Assembly: GCA_951406725.2 (NCBI GenBank)
Contig: OX597828.1
Location: forward strand, 72,850,001-72,914,000
DNA: 64,000 nucleotides
Origin: Octopus vulgaris
Lineage: Eukaryota
Reading direction: 5' to 3'
The first letter of the stretch is position 1. Each line of letters opens with the position of its first letter. The notes beneath the pieces were generated by a model. The model saw nothing but the letters and a program-made list of their open reading frames with translations. It did not search any database and had not been told where the DNA came from. Of the stretch, positions 14,182 through 27,389 are shown one piece after another. The translations under genes were made by a program, and so were the position numbers.

Positions 14182-14854
14182 CATTAAACGATCCAGCTGA
14201 AGAATTGATACATCAGCAAATTCTCTGGATTTTGCTTTATGCCTTCCTCTTTTAAATCTAACATCGGTCCCTGGTTTAATTCCTTAGGATAAGTATTTCA
14301 ATCAATATTTCTTTTCTGAAAATCCGACCAGCTGCATCGTCTTTGCCATCCAGAAATATAGATTTCTCAAGAGGATTTTTATTAAGTTGCTATTGCTTTC
14401 TTTGTTTGCTTCTTTTTTTTTTCTGGGTAGGCAGATGGCTATGATGTCATCGTTGGAATAACGATAACATTAAGCTATGCCTTGTATTTACTTCAAGAAA
14501 GGAATGCTTCCGCTATTGAAAGTAGTTTAAATCCAATTTCCATAGGATTTCAATTTTTTATCACTCCTCTTTTATACACAAACTTCCCGTTCCAAAATTT
14601 TTCGCGTATCGGAAGTCTGCTGGAGTCGGTTGCAGGAATATTTCTAACAGTACATTATAGACTAGATTCTTAAAGTACATCATGGCACTGCATCAATATT
14701 ATGATAATAATACCATAATTTCGTAAGCATGGTTTGAAGAGCGTAAGAATGATTGAAATGTACAAAGATTTTAATAATCAATATGAAATCGTGGATATGC
14801 AACGCTGCCATCTTACCCCTTCCAGCTCTTTCCATTCTTATTCGTTGCCTCTCT

Positions 14855-15245
14855 CTGTGTGTGTATGTGTGTGCGTGTGTGTATGTGTGTATATATGTGT
14901 GTATGTGTGCGCGCGAGTGTGTATATGTGGGTATGTGTCTATATGCCTGTGTGCATGTGTGGGTATATGTTTGTATGCCTGTGTGTATGTGTGTGTATGC
15001 TTGTGTGTATGCGTGGGTATGTGTCTGTATGCTTGTGTGTATGTGTGTGTATGTGTCTGATTGCTTGTGTGTATGTGTGGGCATGTGTCTGTATGCCTGT
15101 GTGTATGTGTGTGTATGCTTGTGTGTATGCGTGGGTATGTGTCTGTATGTCTGTGTGTATGTGTGGGTGTGCGTCTGCATGCCTGTGTGTATGTGTGTGT
15201 ATGTGTATATGTGTGTGTACGCACGGGGATGTGTATGTGTGCGTG
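14855..15245. repeat. TG-rich minisatellite with a higher-order unit (~54 bp)
   Basis: Recurring gtgggtatgtgtctgtatgc.tgtgtgtatgtgtgtgtatgcttgtgtgtat. Confidence 0.75.
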
Positions 15246-15267
15246 CGCCGAAACCATAACGATTTTC

Positions 15268-15323
15268 AATACAACAGCTGATGAAGGAACGTCAATGTCC
15301 GTTTAAATTAAAACTGTTGTGTT
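15268..15323 (+). ncRNA. Degenerate hammerhead motif (GAAA half lost)
   Basis: aatacaacag CTGATGA agga...tcc gtttaaattaaaa ctgttgtgtt; 10-bp stem I retained. Confidence 0.4.
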
Positions 15324-16162
15324 CGTAGTTATTTATGCCAACCGCTTTATTTAGAAAACAGTTTTAATCATATTGACTGAGTTCACTCAGCTGGCATAAA
15401 TGAGCAGTACCTGTAATTGTTAAGGGCCACCAATGTCACACTCCATGTCACGCTGATTCACGCTTTGAACCATGTGAACCAAGTTTAAGTTTACGCGTAT
15501 CTGTGGAGTGCTAATTCGTTGCACATTAATTTCATGAGCTGGCTGTTTCATAGATCGGGTCGCCTGGTCTCTGGTCGTCGTAATCGATGGAGCACCTGAT
15601 TCGTTAACCTTGAGATTTTAGGAATCACTTATTTTCCAGCAAGGGGCTGAGTCTAGTTTTATTGATTTTGTTACCGTTTAATTTCATATGATTATTTTTA
15701 TTGGGTCTTAAATGAAGGCTTATTCGGCTGGAGGTTCTTAAATGGAGGGTCTTAAATTGAGGTTTATATATCACGTAATAATTTTTCTGGTGTTAGATTG
15801 AATAGGTAACATGTTACCAAATTTGTTACATGTAATGAATCTGTGATACATACATACATACATACATACAGTCATACATACATACATTCATACATACATA
15901 CATACATACATACATACATACACACATACACACATACATATATACATATACACACACGTACACACACACATGCACACACACACGAGCACACACACACATA
16001 CATATATATATATATACAGTTCGTATTCGTACTAACCCATTAACTGACAATAACAATAAAGGACCGAACCAGTGCGTGTGTTATTATTACTGGCATAGTG
16101 CTGTCCCAAGGTTCAATACTATATATATATGTATACGTATATATATATGAATTGAATTTTTT

Positions 16163-16359
16163 AGTCGAATGAATCAACACGAATACTAATTTTTAAAGCC
16201 TGGTACTTATTCTACCGGTCTCTTTTGCCGAACTGCCAAGTTGCGGGGACACAAACACAACAACACCGGACGTCAAGTGGTGGTGGTGGTGGTGCTTGAT
16301 AAACACAGACATGAAGTGACACTCACATACACATAGATATACACACACACACACATGCA

Positions 16360-16397
<38 letters not shown>

Positions 16398-16552
16398 TAT
16401 ATACACGATGGGCGTTTTTCAATTTCCGTCTACCAAATCTACTTACAAGGCTATGGCTCGAGACCATAGTAGAAAACAGTTGCCCAAGGTGCCATACAGT
16501 GGGACTGAACCGGGAACCATGTGGATTGGAAGCAAGTTGCTTACCACAGCCA
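16163..16552 (-). mobile_element. SINE family B copy
   Basis: tgcccaaggtgccatacagtgggactgaaccgggaaccatgtgg; colinear with 39232-39612. Confidence 0.75.
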
Positions 16553-16599
16553 TTACACACGCATGTGTGTGCGCATGTACATATATATACATGAATGTT

Positions 16600-16633
<34 letters not shown>

Positions 16634-17984
16634 TGTGTGTGTGTATACATACATGCGTATATCTGTCAACTATGTATGTCTTTCTCCCTCCCTCTCCCTC
16701 CCTATACGCACGCACGCGCGCGTGTGTAATCACACTTTCTTAAGCTTGCGATTTGACTAACTCAACTCTCTTACGACATCTAAAATTCACATCTAAAATG
16801 AAAATATCTCCATTTTCTGCTTCAGTATCTCTTTTCAATTCAACTCTTTTAAGATCCATCTGCTATAACTCATACCATTTGTTTTATATCAATTAGAGAT
16901 CCCGATAAATATATTCTCCATAAAAATATAAAGCAATATTCATAAAATAAGAACTGCAGGAGAGGATTTTCTACAACGTGTCACATGAACAGATCGGTTT
17001 TGTGAATTGTGTCACAAGAACAACAGCGAAACGCCTAGATTGTTATTCATTATGACCTGATTGATGTGTGCTTTGTGATAAGACATGCTTCAATTACGTT
17101 AAAACGCAACCTAAAATCGAATTATCTTTTGTTCTTATCCAGCAGATACGTTCTTCTCTTTAATCAATACTTGCTTCTCTATCAATATTTTTGGAGACTA
17201 CTCAGTACTAATTCATTGAACATGTTATTGCTAAATCAATTCTGATAATATACTTCGTTGCTTGCATTTTAAATATCAACTAGAAAGAGCTTTGTTATTT
17301 AATAACCGACGCTTTGTTTTAAAGCAATGCATTAATCCATCTCTTACAAAATCAACGCGTTTCCCTTGCTCAGGACGTTAAGATATTTTTAAAATAATTT
17401 ACTTCAATCAATGTATCTAATGTATAACTGTAATAGAAGCGATAGATGCACTTCATTGTGAAATTTAACACAGAATTTCATAGATGGGAAGCACATATAA
17501 GCTATTGGAGTTCACTGAGTAAAATATTGCACTTGCTGAAATTTAATTTTTCTTCTTCTTTATTCTACGTAAAAGCAATATATGTAAGATGAAACAATGG
17601 CTTCTAGTGCAGAATATCTACGAAAACTTTAAGAACAAAAGAATGAATGCTCTTTCATAGAGGTTTGACCTAAATTTCCAACATTAACGATTGACAAACG
17701 TAAGAGAAGATGAAGCAGAAGCAAGGCGTAGATCAAATAAATGCTTGTGTTTATCTTTTACACCGATTTAAATATGGCGTCATCTGTGTTGTTTTCTCTT
17801 GTATCCCGTAAATGTGGTGACTCAACAGAGATCGACAAAATATGACAAGACTGAAATATACACAGGCTCGAGATGGTATGAAGGAAACCTTGGAAGATGT
17901 TGCTACAGCTTGGCCGATTGCATTCATGACTGGAAATAGCAGAAAATATAGAAAATATAGAAATAAAAATTAACTTAGTTTGTA

Positions 17985-18210
17985 TGTGTGTGTTTCTGTA
18001 TGTCTGTGCTTGTCCTCCACCACCGCTTAACAATCGGTGTCCGTTTGTTTGCGTACCCATAGCCTAGCGGTTCGGCACAGTAGACCGATAGAATAAGTAG
18101 CAGGTTGAAGAAAATGGGCTGGGGTCGATTCATTCGACTGAAAACGTTTCAAGGCCGTGCTGCAGTCTGGCCGCAGGCTAAAAACTGAAACAAGTAAAAG
18201 ATAAAAGATA
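17985..18210 (+). mobile_element. SINE family B 3' half
   Basis: tagcggttcggca...gaccgatagaataagta...ggggtcgattcattcgact...ctgaaacaagtaaaagataaaag. Confidence 0.7.
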
Positions 18211-18867
18211 AGAAATAAATTTAGCAAGATTAAAAGCAGTGATTAGGAAAGTAGGGGAGACGACTCAAAACGTTTCTAAGCCAAATGGCTTCGTCAACCG
18301 TTGTATAACGTACGCCATTGTTTGCTGGCACTGTTTTAACTTAATTACTTATATAGAAATGAGCTTAATGAAAATTTCATAATAAGACAGCACTAGCCAT
18401 ATTTAAATAATTAAAGCATTAGCTTGACTATTTCTATTGTAGACAGATAAGATTAGTTGTAACGCTAAAGTAAAAGTATGGCGTATATCATCCTACAAAC
18501 GAAATGTACAGAATAAATTATGAGTGTTTGCGTAGTAAGACACATTTTGAATGTATATGTCAGTTATTGATTTCTACTCTAGATACGTTGGCGAATGCGC
18601 TTGAACATGGATCTGCTTCAAAAATTATCCATGTGTAAGAAATTTTAATTTGGCGTGAAGTTAAAAGTATGCGAAACGAAAAACTAGAAAAGATACACAA
18701 ACAGCAACAAAGAAAAATACTATGTATGCATGTATATGTGTGTATATATGTATGTGTGTGTGTGTGTGTGTGTATGGAAGGTGGTGTATGTATATGTTTT
18801 TGTATGTAGCTAATGCATTTTATTATGTGCAATACAATATATATATATACATATATGTGCGTGTGAG

Positions 18868-18937
<70 letters not shown>

Positions 18938-19038
18938 AACATATATATATATATATGGAAGTTGGTGTATGTATGTATATGTTTGCGTATGTATGCATGC
19001 ATTTATGTATGTATCTAATACATTTTATGTACAATGCA

Positions 19039-19074
<36 letters not shown>

Positions 19075-19938
19075 CCATTCATACATATATGCGTGTGTGT
19101 GTGTGTATTCAGATACTTACATAATTCGCAAGCAAAAAATCCTTGTATACAAAATGGAATCAATTTCTGATTTCTGTAAGACAAAAGACTTGGATACCTT
19201 ATAAAATAAAAATAAAAAAATGTAGAGAGCTGTTCCAAATAAAATAAAAGTGAATATTACACTATTTGTGTGTTTTAAATGGCCATCAAAAAACTATTAT
19301 GATGCACAGTTTCTGGAGTTTTGTTAAAAGAAAATTGAAAGAATATATATGTTTTTTTTCTTCTTATTTCTAAGAAAGTTTTAAAAGACTTCGATTTCAC
19401 AACTATGTAGTCATTAACAGTAAAAGAAATCGATGGAATCCGAGAAATTAATATTTAAATGCTGTAACTTGCAACACATTGGAAACGGCTTAAATTGTTT
19501 CATAAGTAATCGGTTATTAGCAAAATAAAAGGAAAACCATTTCCACACATTTTCCTTAAAAGTCAGCCACCAACACCTTTTCTCCGTAAATTTCCAGATG
19601 GGGCTCTCTAACCCAGAAACACTAAAATATTGGAATTCTATGTAATAGTATGAACCATCGATCCGTATCATTAATTTTTTATAACTTGCACTCTCTTTCG
19701 TTTAACATAAGATATTTAACACATAAACACACACATAACATGTTTATTTTTATTGTAAGAAGTTATGAGCAAAAAATAAATAATTAAAAACTAGCAAATA
19801 AGTACATACCTAGATTTATATTTTACCAATAGGAACGTATAAACATATTGTAACCCTGATAGTACAAATGGTAAAGGGAGGTTTATAAACCTATATAGAT
19901 ACACTGAATATATGAGTGTGCTAGTATACATATATATT

Positions 19939-19999
<61 letters not shown>

Positions 20000-20348
20000 T
20001 ATAATTAAGGGTTAAATGCAACAAGTTGCTCAAAACCACATACCGAAAATATTAGAAATAGCAGCCAAATTGGTCACTATTTCCTCTACTAGTAAAAGTC
20101 TCCACAAACAAACAGAATTTGTAAGCGTATATGGCAAAAAGGCAGAAAATAACGAAAACCCAGCCTATGGATTAATTATAGTCGTCTATAATTAATCCAT
20201 AGTAGCCACTACACACATGTGGTTTTGTTGCATTTAACTTAATTATAATTATTATAACCTTACCAAATATGGTCTTTTCCATACCGACAAATCTACTAGG
20301 TGAAATTGATTAATTTTATTAAATTAATTATATTCCACCCTTTATTGC

Positions 20349-20413
<65 letters not shown>

Positions 20414-20424
20414 TGCATACAAGT

Positions 20425-20622
20425 ATATTTGTCGTCATGATAGATTGTTACACACATTTTTTTCTTTCCTTGTTTCTCTCCTTTTATTTTCTGTGTCCCT
20501 TTCTGTAGAAGAGCGTAGGCTCGAAACGTAAAAGACATTTTCAATTCCTGAGCGTTATACTAATACATCTGTTTGTTTTGTACACTGCCTGTATTCATCT
20601 TTTGTTTTTTTCGTGAACTCCC
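20425..20622 (+). repeat. Dispersed repeat with hammerhead-like core (putative PLE pseudo-LTR), copy 1
   Basis: ctttctgtagaagagcgtaggctcgaaacgtaaaagac core; close copies at 52971-53175, 24245-24400 and 26835-26985. Confidence 0.7.
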
Positions 20623-20792
20623 CCCACATATATATATATATTCATATATACATAGCTGTCTATTTCTCTGTATTACTATATCTCTTCTCTCTCTCTCTTT
20701 CTATATGTATATATATATATATATATAGGGAGAGAGATTAAGAAGGAAAGACAGGTAGATAAATTGCTAGGCAAGTAGATAGTGATAGGTAG

Positions 20793-20846
<54 letters not shown>

Positions 20847-21063
20847 TGCATACAAGTATATTTGTCGTCATGATAGATTGGTAGCCACTACACACAATTA
20901 AACTTCTTATAGATCTTTCACTTGTATATTATATGTGGTTAATTAGATTTTTTATTTGTTCTCATTTTCTGTGAATAAAATGAATATGTTATCAAACAAA
21001 CTTATTTTTGATGCCTTTGTTAGAATCTGTTTCTAACTACACCTTTGATTTCTCTACTTCCAG

Positions 21064-21223
21064 CTTGGTGAGATACTCAGAAGCCCTTTTATGAAATTCA
21101 TGAATTACATGTGTTCCTATATGGCATTTCTGGTATTCCTTTTGATTGCCACAACGTCAAAAAATACTACAACCAATAGTGAACCATGGGTAGTCCGTGG
21201 ATTCATTATTTTCTACGTATTTG
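21064..21223 (+). CDS. TRPC: TRPC-family channel, exon C (pre-S1, S1, start of S2); absent from the ORF track
   Basis: cttccag|CTT ... TTTG|gtgagt; 160 nt, phase 0-1. LGEILRSPFMKFMNYMCSYMAFLVFLLIATTSKNTTTNSEPWVVRGFIIFYVFG; LG.ILRSPFMKF is TRPC3/6/7-like. Confidence 0.92.
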
Positions 21224-21344
21224 GTGAGTAGTTTCGCACCTACAAAACATTGCTTCCTAATAAAGCCCCTGATAATAACGTGTGTTGTATATATATGGTG
21301 TGTTGGTATGTGTGAGTGTGTGAGATTATGTGTGTGGAAATATG

Positions 21345-21391
<47 letters not shown>

Positions 21392-21879
21392 CATCGTTAG
21401 GGCTGGCTTTCCCTTCATCTTATTCCACTCCCCTTCAATTTCACTAAAATGTTGCCTTTCTTTCATCCTTCCGCCTTCATCGCTCACCTCGCTCGCCACG
21501 CACGCCGGTTCTTACATGGTTTCTTCCTCGCTTTATCATCACTTTTTCCCAACATGTCTTCATTTGTTAGTTTCTGATCAATGTGATAAAAATTCTCTGT
21601 TTTCTCGGGCATAGTGTAAGAACTAGAAATATGATTTATTACTCCTCATATCAAATCACAGAGCAACAATGTATACATTACCATTTATATGTTTATGTAG
21701 AGGTCACGCATCCCATGTTTAATATATCATTTCTGTAGTTATATATGTGAAGATTGCGTCAATGTACTTTTGCAGTTGTTGAAAAGCAATAACGCAAAAC
21801 ATCCAGTTATGCATAACTTAAGAAATTCATAACACACTGTAGTTCCTCACAACATTTTCTGATGTAATATAGCAGACGT

Positions 21880-22070
21880 CAGCGAGCTAACAGAAGCGTT
21901 ACCACAAGACATCCTGAGAAGTATTCCTTCCGGCTTTACGTTCTGGGTTCAAATGTCGCCTATCATCCTTTTGGGGTCGATTAAATAAAGCACCAGTGAT
22001 GAACTGGAGTCGACGGAATCGACGTAGTTTGCTATCCTCCTCCCCCACAATTTCAGGCTTTCTGCCTGTA
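21880..22070 (+). mobile_element. SINE family A copy
   Basis: ttctgggttcaaat...tcatccttttggggtcgattaaataaagcaccag. Confidence 0.65.
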
Positions 22071-22178
22071 GAAAAAAAGGATCCTCATCTGGTAATTTTT
22101 GAGATGCATTGCGTTTTCTAAAGAATTTCTACCGTAACTCTAGGCGTTTGATTTTATTTTTCGTGTTTAAATGCATTT

Positions 22179-22267
<89 letters not shown>

Positions 22268-22381
22268 TTATCGTGTTTAGATGCATTTTATATCCAGCTA
22301 GCTAGCTATTTATCTGTCTACCCACCTACCTACCTACATACCTACATACCTACATACCTACCTACCTAGCTACTTACCCAC

Positions 22382-22445
<64 letters not shown>

Positions 22446-22471
22446 ATCTCTATCCATCTCTTTTCTTCAAG

Positions 22472-22651
22472 GAATGTTCTGGGCAGAATGTAAACAACTT
22501 TGGGATGAAGGAGTTAAAGAATATTTTGCCCAAATGTGGAATTATATGGACATCACCATGTTAGCGCTCTACACTGCATCATATACCATAGAATCTATTG
22601 TTTCAATAAAATCTAGTAGTTACAATGACACCAGCAGCTCAGAATTCTCAG
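22472..22651 (+). CDS. TRPC: TRPC-family channel, exon D (S2-S3)
   Basis: ttcaag|GA ... TCAG|gtaagt; 180 nt, phase 1-1. MFWAECKQLWDEGVKEYFAQMWNYMD is the TRPC W.E.K.LW..G..EY....WN..D motif. Confidence 0.93.
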
Positions 22652-22789
22652 GTAAGTCTCCTGACCTATTTACCTTCAACATCATGTTGTATATAAATAT
22701 ATTGCTGACGTCTTCTTATGTTTGTGATTTGTGTTGTTTTTCTGCGCCATTGCAATTCAAAGCAATTTCACGTAAAAATTCGTGGAAAG

Positions 22790-23266
22790 CCGAATGAATC
22801 GACTGCGTGACTTATTCTATTCTATCAGTCGCTTTTACTGAACCGTTAACTTACGGGATCGTAAACAAACCAACACCGGACAGACATAAACACACATAAT
22901 ATTATTTTATTCTTTTACTTGTTTCAGTTATTTAACTGAATCGACCATTAATCGAACGAATCGACCCCAGGACTTATTCATTGTAAGCTTAGTACCCATT
23001 CTATCGGTGTCTGTTGGCGAACCGCTAAGTTACGTGGACGTAAACACGTCAACATCGGTTGTCAAGCAATGATGAGAGGACAAACACAGATACACTAGTA
23101 CATATATATATGGGCTTCTTTCACCTTCCGCCTACCGAATCCTCTCATTATGCTTTGGTCGAGGTTATGGTAGAAGACACTTGACCAAGGTGCCACGCAG
23201 TGGGACTGAACGTGGAACAATGTGGTTGAGAAGCAGACTTTTTACCACACAACCACTCCTGCACCT
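22790..23266 (-). mobile_element. SINE family B copy plus a partial 3' duplicate
   Basis: Colinear with 39232-39612; extra 3' fragment at 22790-22885. Confidence 0.75.
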
Positions 23267-23271
23267 GTATG

Positions 23272-23342
<71 letters not shown>

Positions 23343-23578
23343 GTTTGTGTGTATAAATTTAAATAATAAGAGTAAAAAATTGAATATTAATTTGATTAAT
23401 ATCAATTTAAATCCAGTGGCCTAGCATATTGGAAAAATTCTGAGGATTCATAAAAATTATATTACATACCTATATATAAGTGTGTGTATACATGTATGCG
23501 TGTGTGTATATGTACATGTATACACACACACTTATATATAATATATATATATACGTATATATACATTATATATGTATG

Positions 23579-23625
<47 letters not shown>

Positions 23626-23693
23626 TGTATACATACACACACACACGCACACGTATATATACTTTTGCACACACACACCCACACACAAATATA

Positions 23694-23850
23694 TACGATG
23701 AGCTTCCTTCAGTTTCTGTCTACCACACCCTCTCACAAGGTTTCGGTCAACCCGAGTCTATAGTATAAGACATTTGCTCAAGTTGCCATACAGTGGTATT
23801 GAACTAGAAACCATGCGGTTGGCAAACAAGTTCCTTACCACACAGCCACG
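23694..23850 (-). mobile_element. SINE family B 5' half
   Basis: ttcagtttctgtctacca...cttaccacacagccac. Confidence 0.7.
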
Positions 23851-24244
23851 ATACACCCACATTGATATCATTTTGTTCAGTATCCAATCCTTATCTGATA
23901 TCAGAAGTAAACCATGTTTTAAAACAAAAGTATAAAATAATAATTTTGTTACAGTAATAACAATGGAGTGGTGTTTGTTTATTTATGTATCATAATTGTT
24001 GCATCTGAGAAAATATCGCTAAAAATGGACAGGGGGAGACAACCAGCTGGGACTGATTGTCGATCGAGATAATATCGTTTTCATTTTATGATGGATGATT
24101 TGTTTGATTTGGAAAGATTTGAATGGTGTTGAGTGTACATAGGAAAGTAAAAAGTGAAACATATAGACAAGCGTTCATACATGCACGCATACGTACATAG
24201 TTGGATAGATATTATGGATGTATATATATATATATATATATACT

Positions 24245-24400
24245 GTCGGAATTTACAAAAACACAACAAAAGACGAAGACTGGTGTGTAAATAACAAACA
24301 GATGTATTAGTTTAACGCTAAGGAAAATGGAAAAGTCTTTTACTTTTCGAACCTACACTCATACGCAGAAAGGATGAAGAGAGGGAAAAAATGGAAAGAG
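24245..24400 (-). repeat. Same dispersed repeat, copy 3
   Basis: Reverse complement carries cctttctgcgtatgagtgtaggttcgaaaagtaaaagac and taatacatctgtttgtt. Confidence 0.65.
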
Positions 24401-24429
24401 AATGGAAAAAAACGGAAAATTCAACGGTC

Positions 24430-24524
<95 letters not shown>

Positions 24525-25295
24525 GTATGTATGTATGTGTGTGTGTGTGTAGATATATATGTTTGTATATATACATATATATATGCATATATATATATAT
24601 ATGTAAAAAAAATACAAACTGGGACAAGAACGCAAAACATTTACAAGATGAAACAAAAAACGGACGGGACATTCGAAGCCTTCAATCTTCAGTCATGAAC
24701 CGGATCATCCTCGCAATTTCGGCTGATTAATCTTGAGATTGCTCCGATCCGGCCAGCCCCAAGGAAAAACTAAGCTAAAAGCATTAGATTTCTTGGAAAA
24801 AGGATCGAATGTATACGAAACAAGGACAGTTTGTTAGCTTCACAGAAAAGGTATACTCAGAGAAGATGAATGTATCCATAATAATGTAGATGTAATTTCC
24901 TGATATATGAGAAGATGTTGATCACACTTCTATTCGTTTCACAAAACTACTATGTTGGAAGAAGAGATTGGTTATATTGGCTAAAAGAAGTCGCAAAAGA
25001 AGTCAGTGAAGCAGAAACCGCCCAAATAAGGACATTATGGGACATTATGGGAGGAAGGGGTGTAAGTACACAACCTACAAAGTTTAGTTTATTTCTGTGG
25101 TGACAGAAAATCTAGGTCAGTGTTGCAGGAATCTGAGATTTATAATTTATAAAAGAGAACATTACTTTTGACCATCATACAGCTATTAACTGCCACTCCT
25201 ACAGAGTTAAAAGCAGGTATAAGAATATAAAGAGAACAAAAGAAAGTATCAAAGGGGTCAAATGCTATCAGTATGCTATAGCATATATGTGAGAA

Positions 25296-25587
25296 GGCGC
25301 GTGGTGGAGTGGTTAAGGTTTTGCACTCGTGATTTAGTAGTCGTGGGTTCGATTTCCAAACTGAAAGGCTCCTATTCTTGAACAAAACGCTGCATGTCAC
25401 GTCGCTCCGGTCCACGCAGCTGTAAATGGATACACCTGAATGTAATTAGCCTTCCGGTCACGGGGGTGGGGATGTTCGTTCACCTGTTCGCTAAGTCAAA
25501 GGAGTGGTATCATTGTAAAGCAAAAACGATGCAAAGCGCATTGTGACCTGCGATGTTTAGCAACATTCGATCACGGGATCACGTGAT
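25296..25587 (+). mobile_element. tRNA-derived CORE-like SINE family C
   Basis: ggcgcgtggtggagtggttaagg (A box), gggttcgattt (B box), cttgaacaaaacgctgcatgtcacgtcgctcc. Confidence 0.65.
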
Positions 25588-26122
25588 ATGCATATTAGGT
25601 TTCTGATGCACGTGAAATTAACGCGCACGTTGCAGAGTATTCCGAAGCCGCCAAGTGGACACTTAATATATTTTACAGTGAGATTCAGCGTGACACATGA
25701 TGTGACAAAGCTGGACCTTTGAATTACAGGTATAATTCATCTCTGCCAGGTGAGAGGACAGGAGCATTAGGAAACCAAGTCTCTCGCATAACTAATTCAA
25801 CGCGCCACAGGGAATTGTACACGCGATAGTAATACCATTAGCTGTATACTCTGACTACTAAGCCACACTTCTTACGTTTTCCTACATATATACACTTTTA
25901 CACAGACACATAAATATGTGTGCGTGCGCACGCGTGTATATATATATATATACATTTGTATCTGTGTATATGTACATGCATACATACACATATATAATAC
26001 ATGTATAATATATATATATATACATATATATATATGTATAAATATATATAATATATATGTATAAATATATATATATATATATGTACATATATATGTATAT
26101 ATATATATATATTTATGTATAA

Positions 26123-26192
<70 letters not shown>

Positions 26193-26262
26193 AAATATAT
26201 ATATATATGTATAAATATATATATATATATAAATATATATATACTTATATATAATACATATA

Positions 26263-26293
<31 letters not shown>

Positions 26294-26665
26294 CATGTAT
26301 ATATATACATATTTATATATATATATTCTTACGTATGTATGTATATTTCCTTGGTAATCATTCCCATGATTACCAAGGAAATTTTCTTTTCAAAGAAAAA
26401 TAAAAAAAAAGAACCAAAAGACAGAATAAAATCCATTACTTAAAGAATGTCACACAAATTCTATTTTCTTCTTTTTTTTATATTTGTAATTTCTGTTTAC
26501 GTCAAGATAACAATAATTCGATCTTTTCTGACATCGTCTCATCACTGAAGTGACATCGAATTATCGATCGCTACAAGAAATTGCTGAAGCAAAACATGGG
26601 GGAATTTCATATTATTTTAGTAATTATAATATTTATAATCGAAGCCTACAGTGTACATATCAATG

Positions 26666-26808
26666 CAGGCGTGGCAGAGTGGTAAGAGGCTTGCTCACCA
26701 ACCACGTGGTTCCACGTTCAGTCCACACTGCGTGGCACCTGGGGTATCTTCTACTATAACCTCGGGCTGACCAAAACCTTGGGATTGGACCTGGTAGACG
26801 GAAACTGA
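26666..26808 (+). mobile_element. SINE family B 5' half
   Basis: gcaggcgtggcagagtggtaag...gttcagtccacactgcgtggcacc...ggtagacggaaactga. Confidence 0.75.
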
Positions 26809-26834
26809 TATGTATATTTATATTTCAAACACAG

Positions 26835-26985
26835 GTGAGGGGCACAGCAAGCAGGTGTATTATTTTGACGCTCGGGAAGATGGAAAAGTCTTTGATTTTT
26901 CGAGCCTACGCTCTTCGACAGAAAGGGACGCGAGAGATAAAAAATGGAAACAGAACGAAAACACGAAGAGCGAAAATATGTGTAG
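26835..26985 (-). repeat. Same dispersed repeat, copy 4
   Basis: Reverse complement carries ccctttctgtcgaagagcgtaggctcgaaa. Confidence 0.65.
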
Positions 26986-27239
26986 GGATTAACAGTTTAA
27001 AATTACATATAGATATGTGTGTGTGTGTTTGTGTGTATCTTTGTGCCTTTGTTTGTTCGGAGGGAGGGAATGAATGTTAAAGACAATCATATGCGGCCGT
27101 AGGTGGAACCATTGTGACGCAGTTTAACTGAATCTATTCTCTCTCAACTCTCTGCAATTGGTCTAAGCATTATTGATTTTTAATTTTCAAAGATAATATG
27201 CAATCGCTATAACTTTAGTTCGAAATACTAATAAACAGT

Positions 27240-27242
<3 letters not shown>

Positions 27243-27311
<69 letters not shown>
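27243..27311. repeat. (CTA)n microsatellite
   Basis: Direct reading of the sequence. Confidence 0.95.
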
Positions 27312-27389
27312 TATTTGTCCTTCATGAAATTGATGAAACAACATGCCATAGCTTTTTTGGTATCTAGTTAAATAATTCATTTAAGAAAA

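Noticed and set aside
14191-14230. atccag-CTGAAGA...ctggat as a hammerhead
   Set aside because: GAAA is missing and the sequence is equally explained as a simple imperfect hairpin.
24915-25103. ORF containing NYYVGRRDW, reminiscent of the TRPC S3-S4 YY..R..W motif, with a gtaagt donor at 25062
   Set aside because: No good acceptor, and the donor is phase 0 whereas intron D-E requires phase 1-1. Exons D and E already join in frame.
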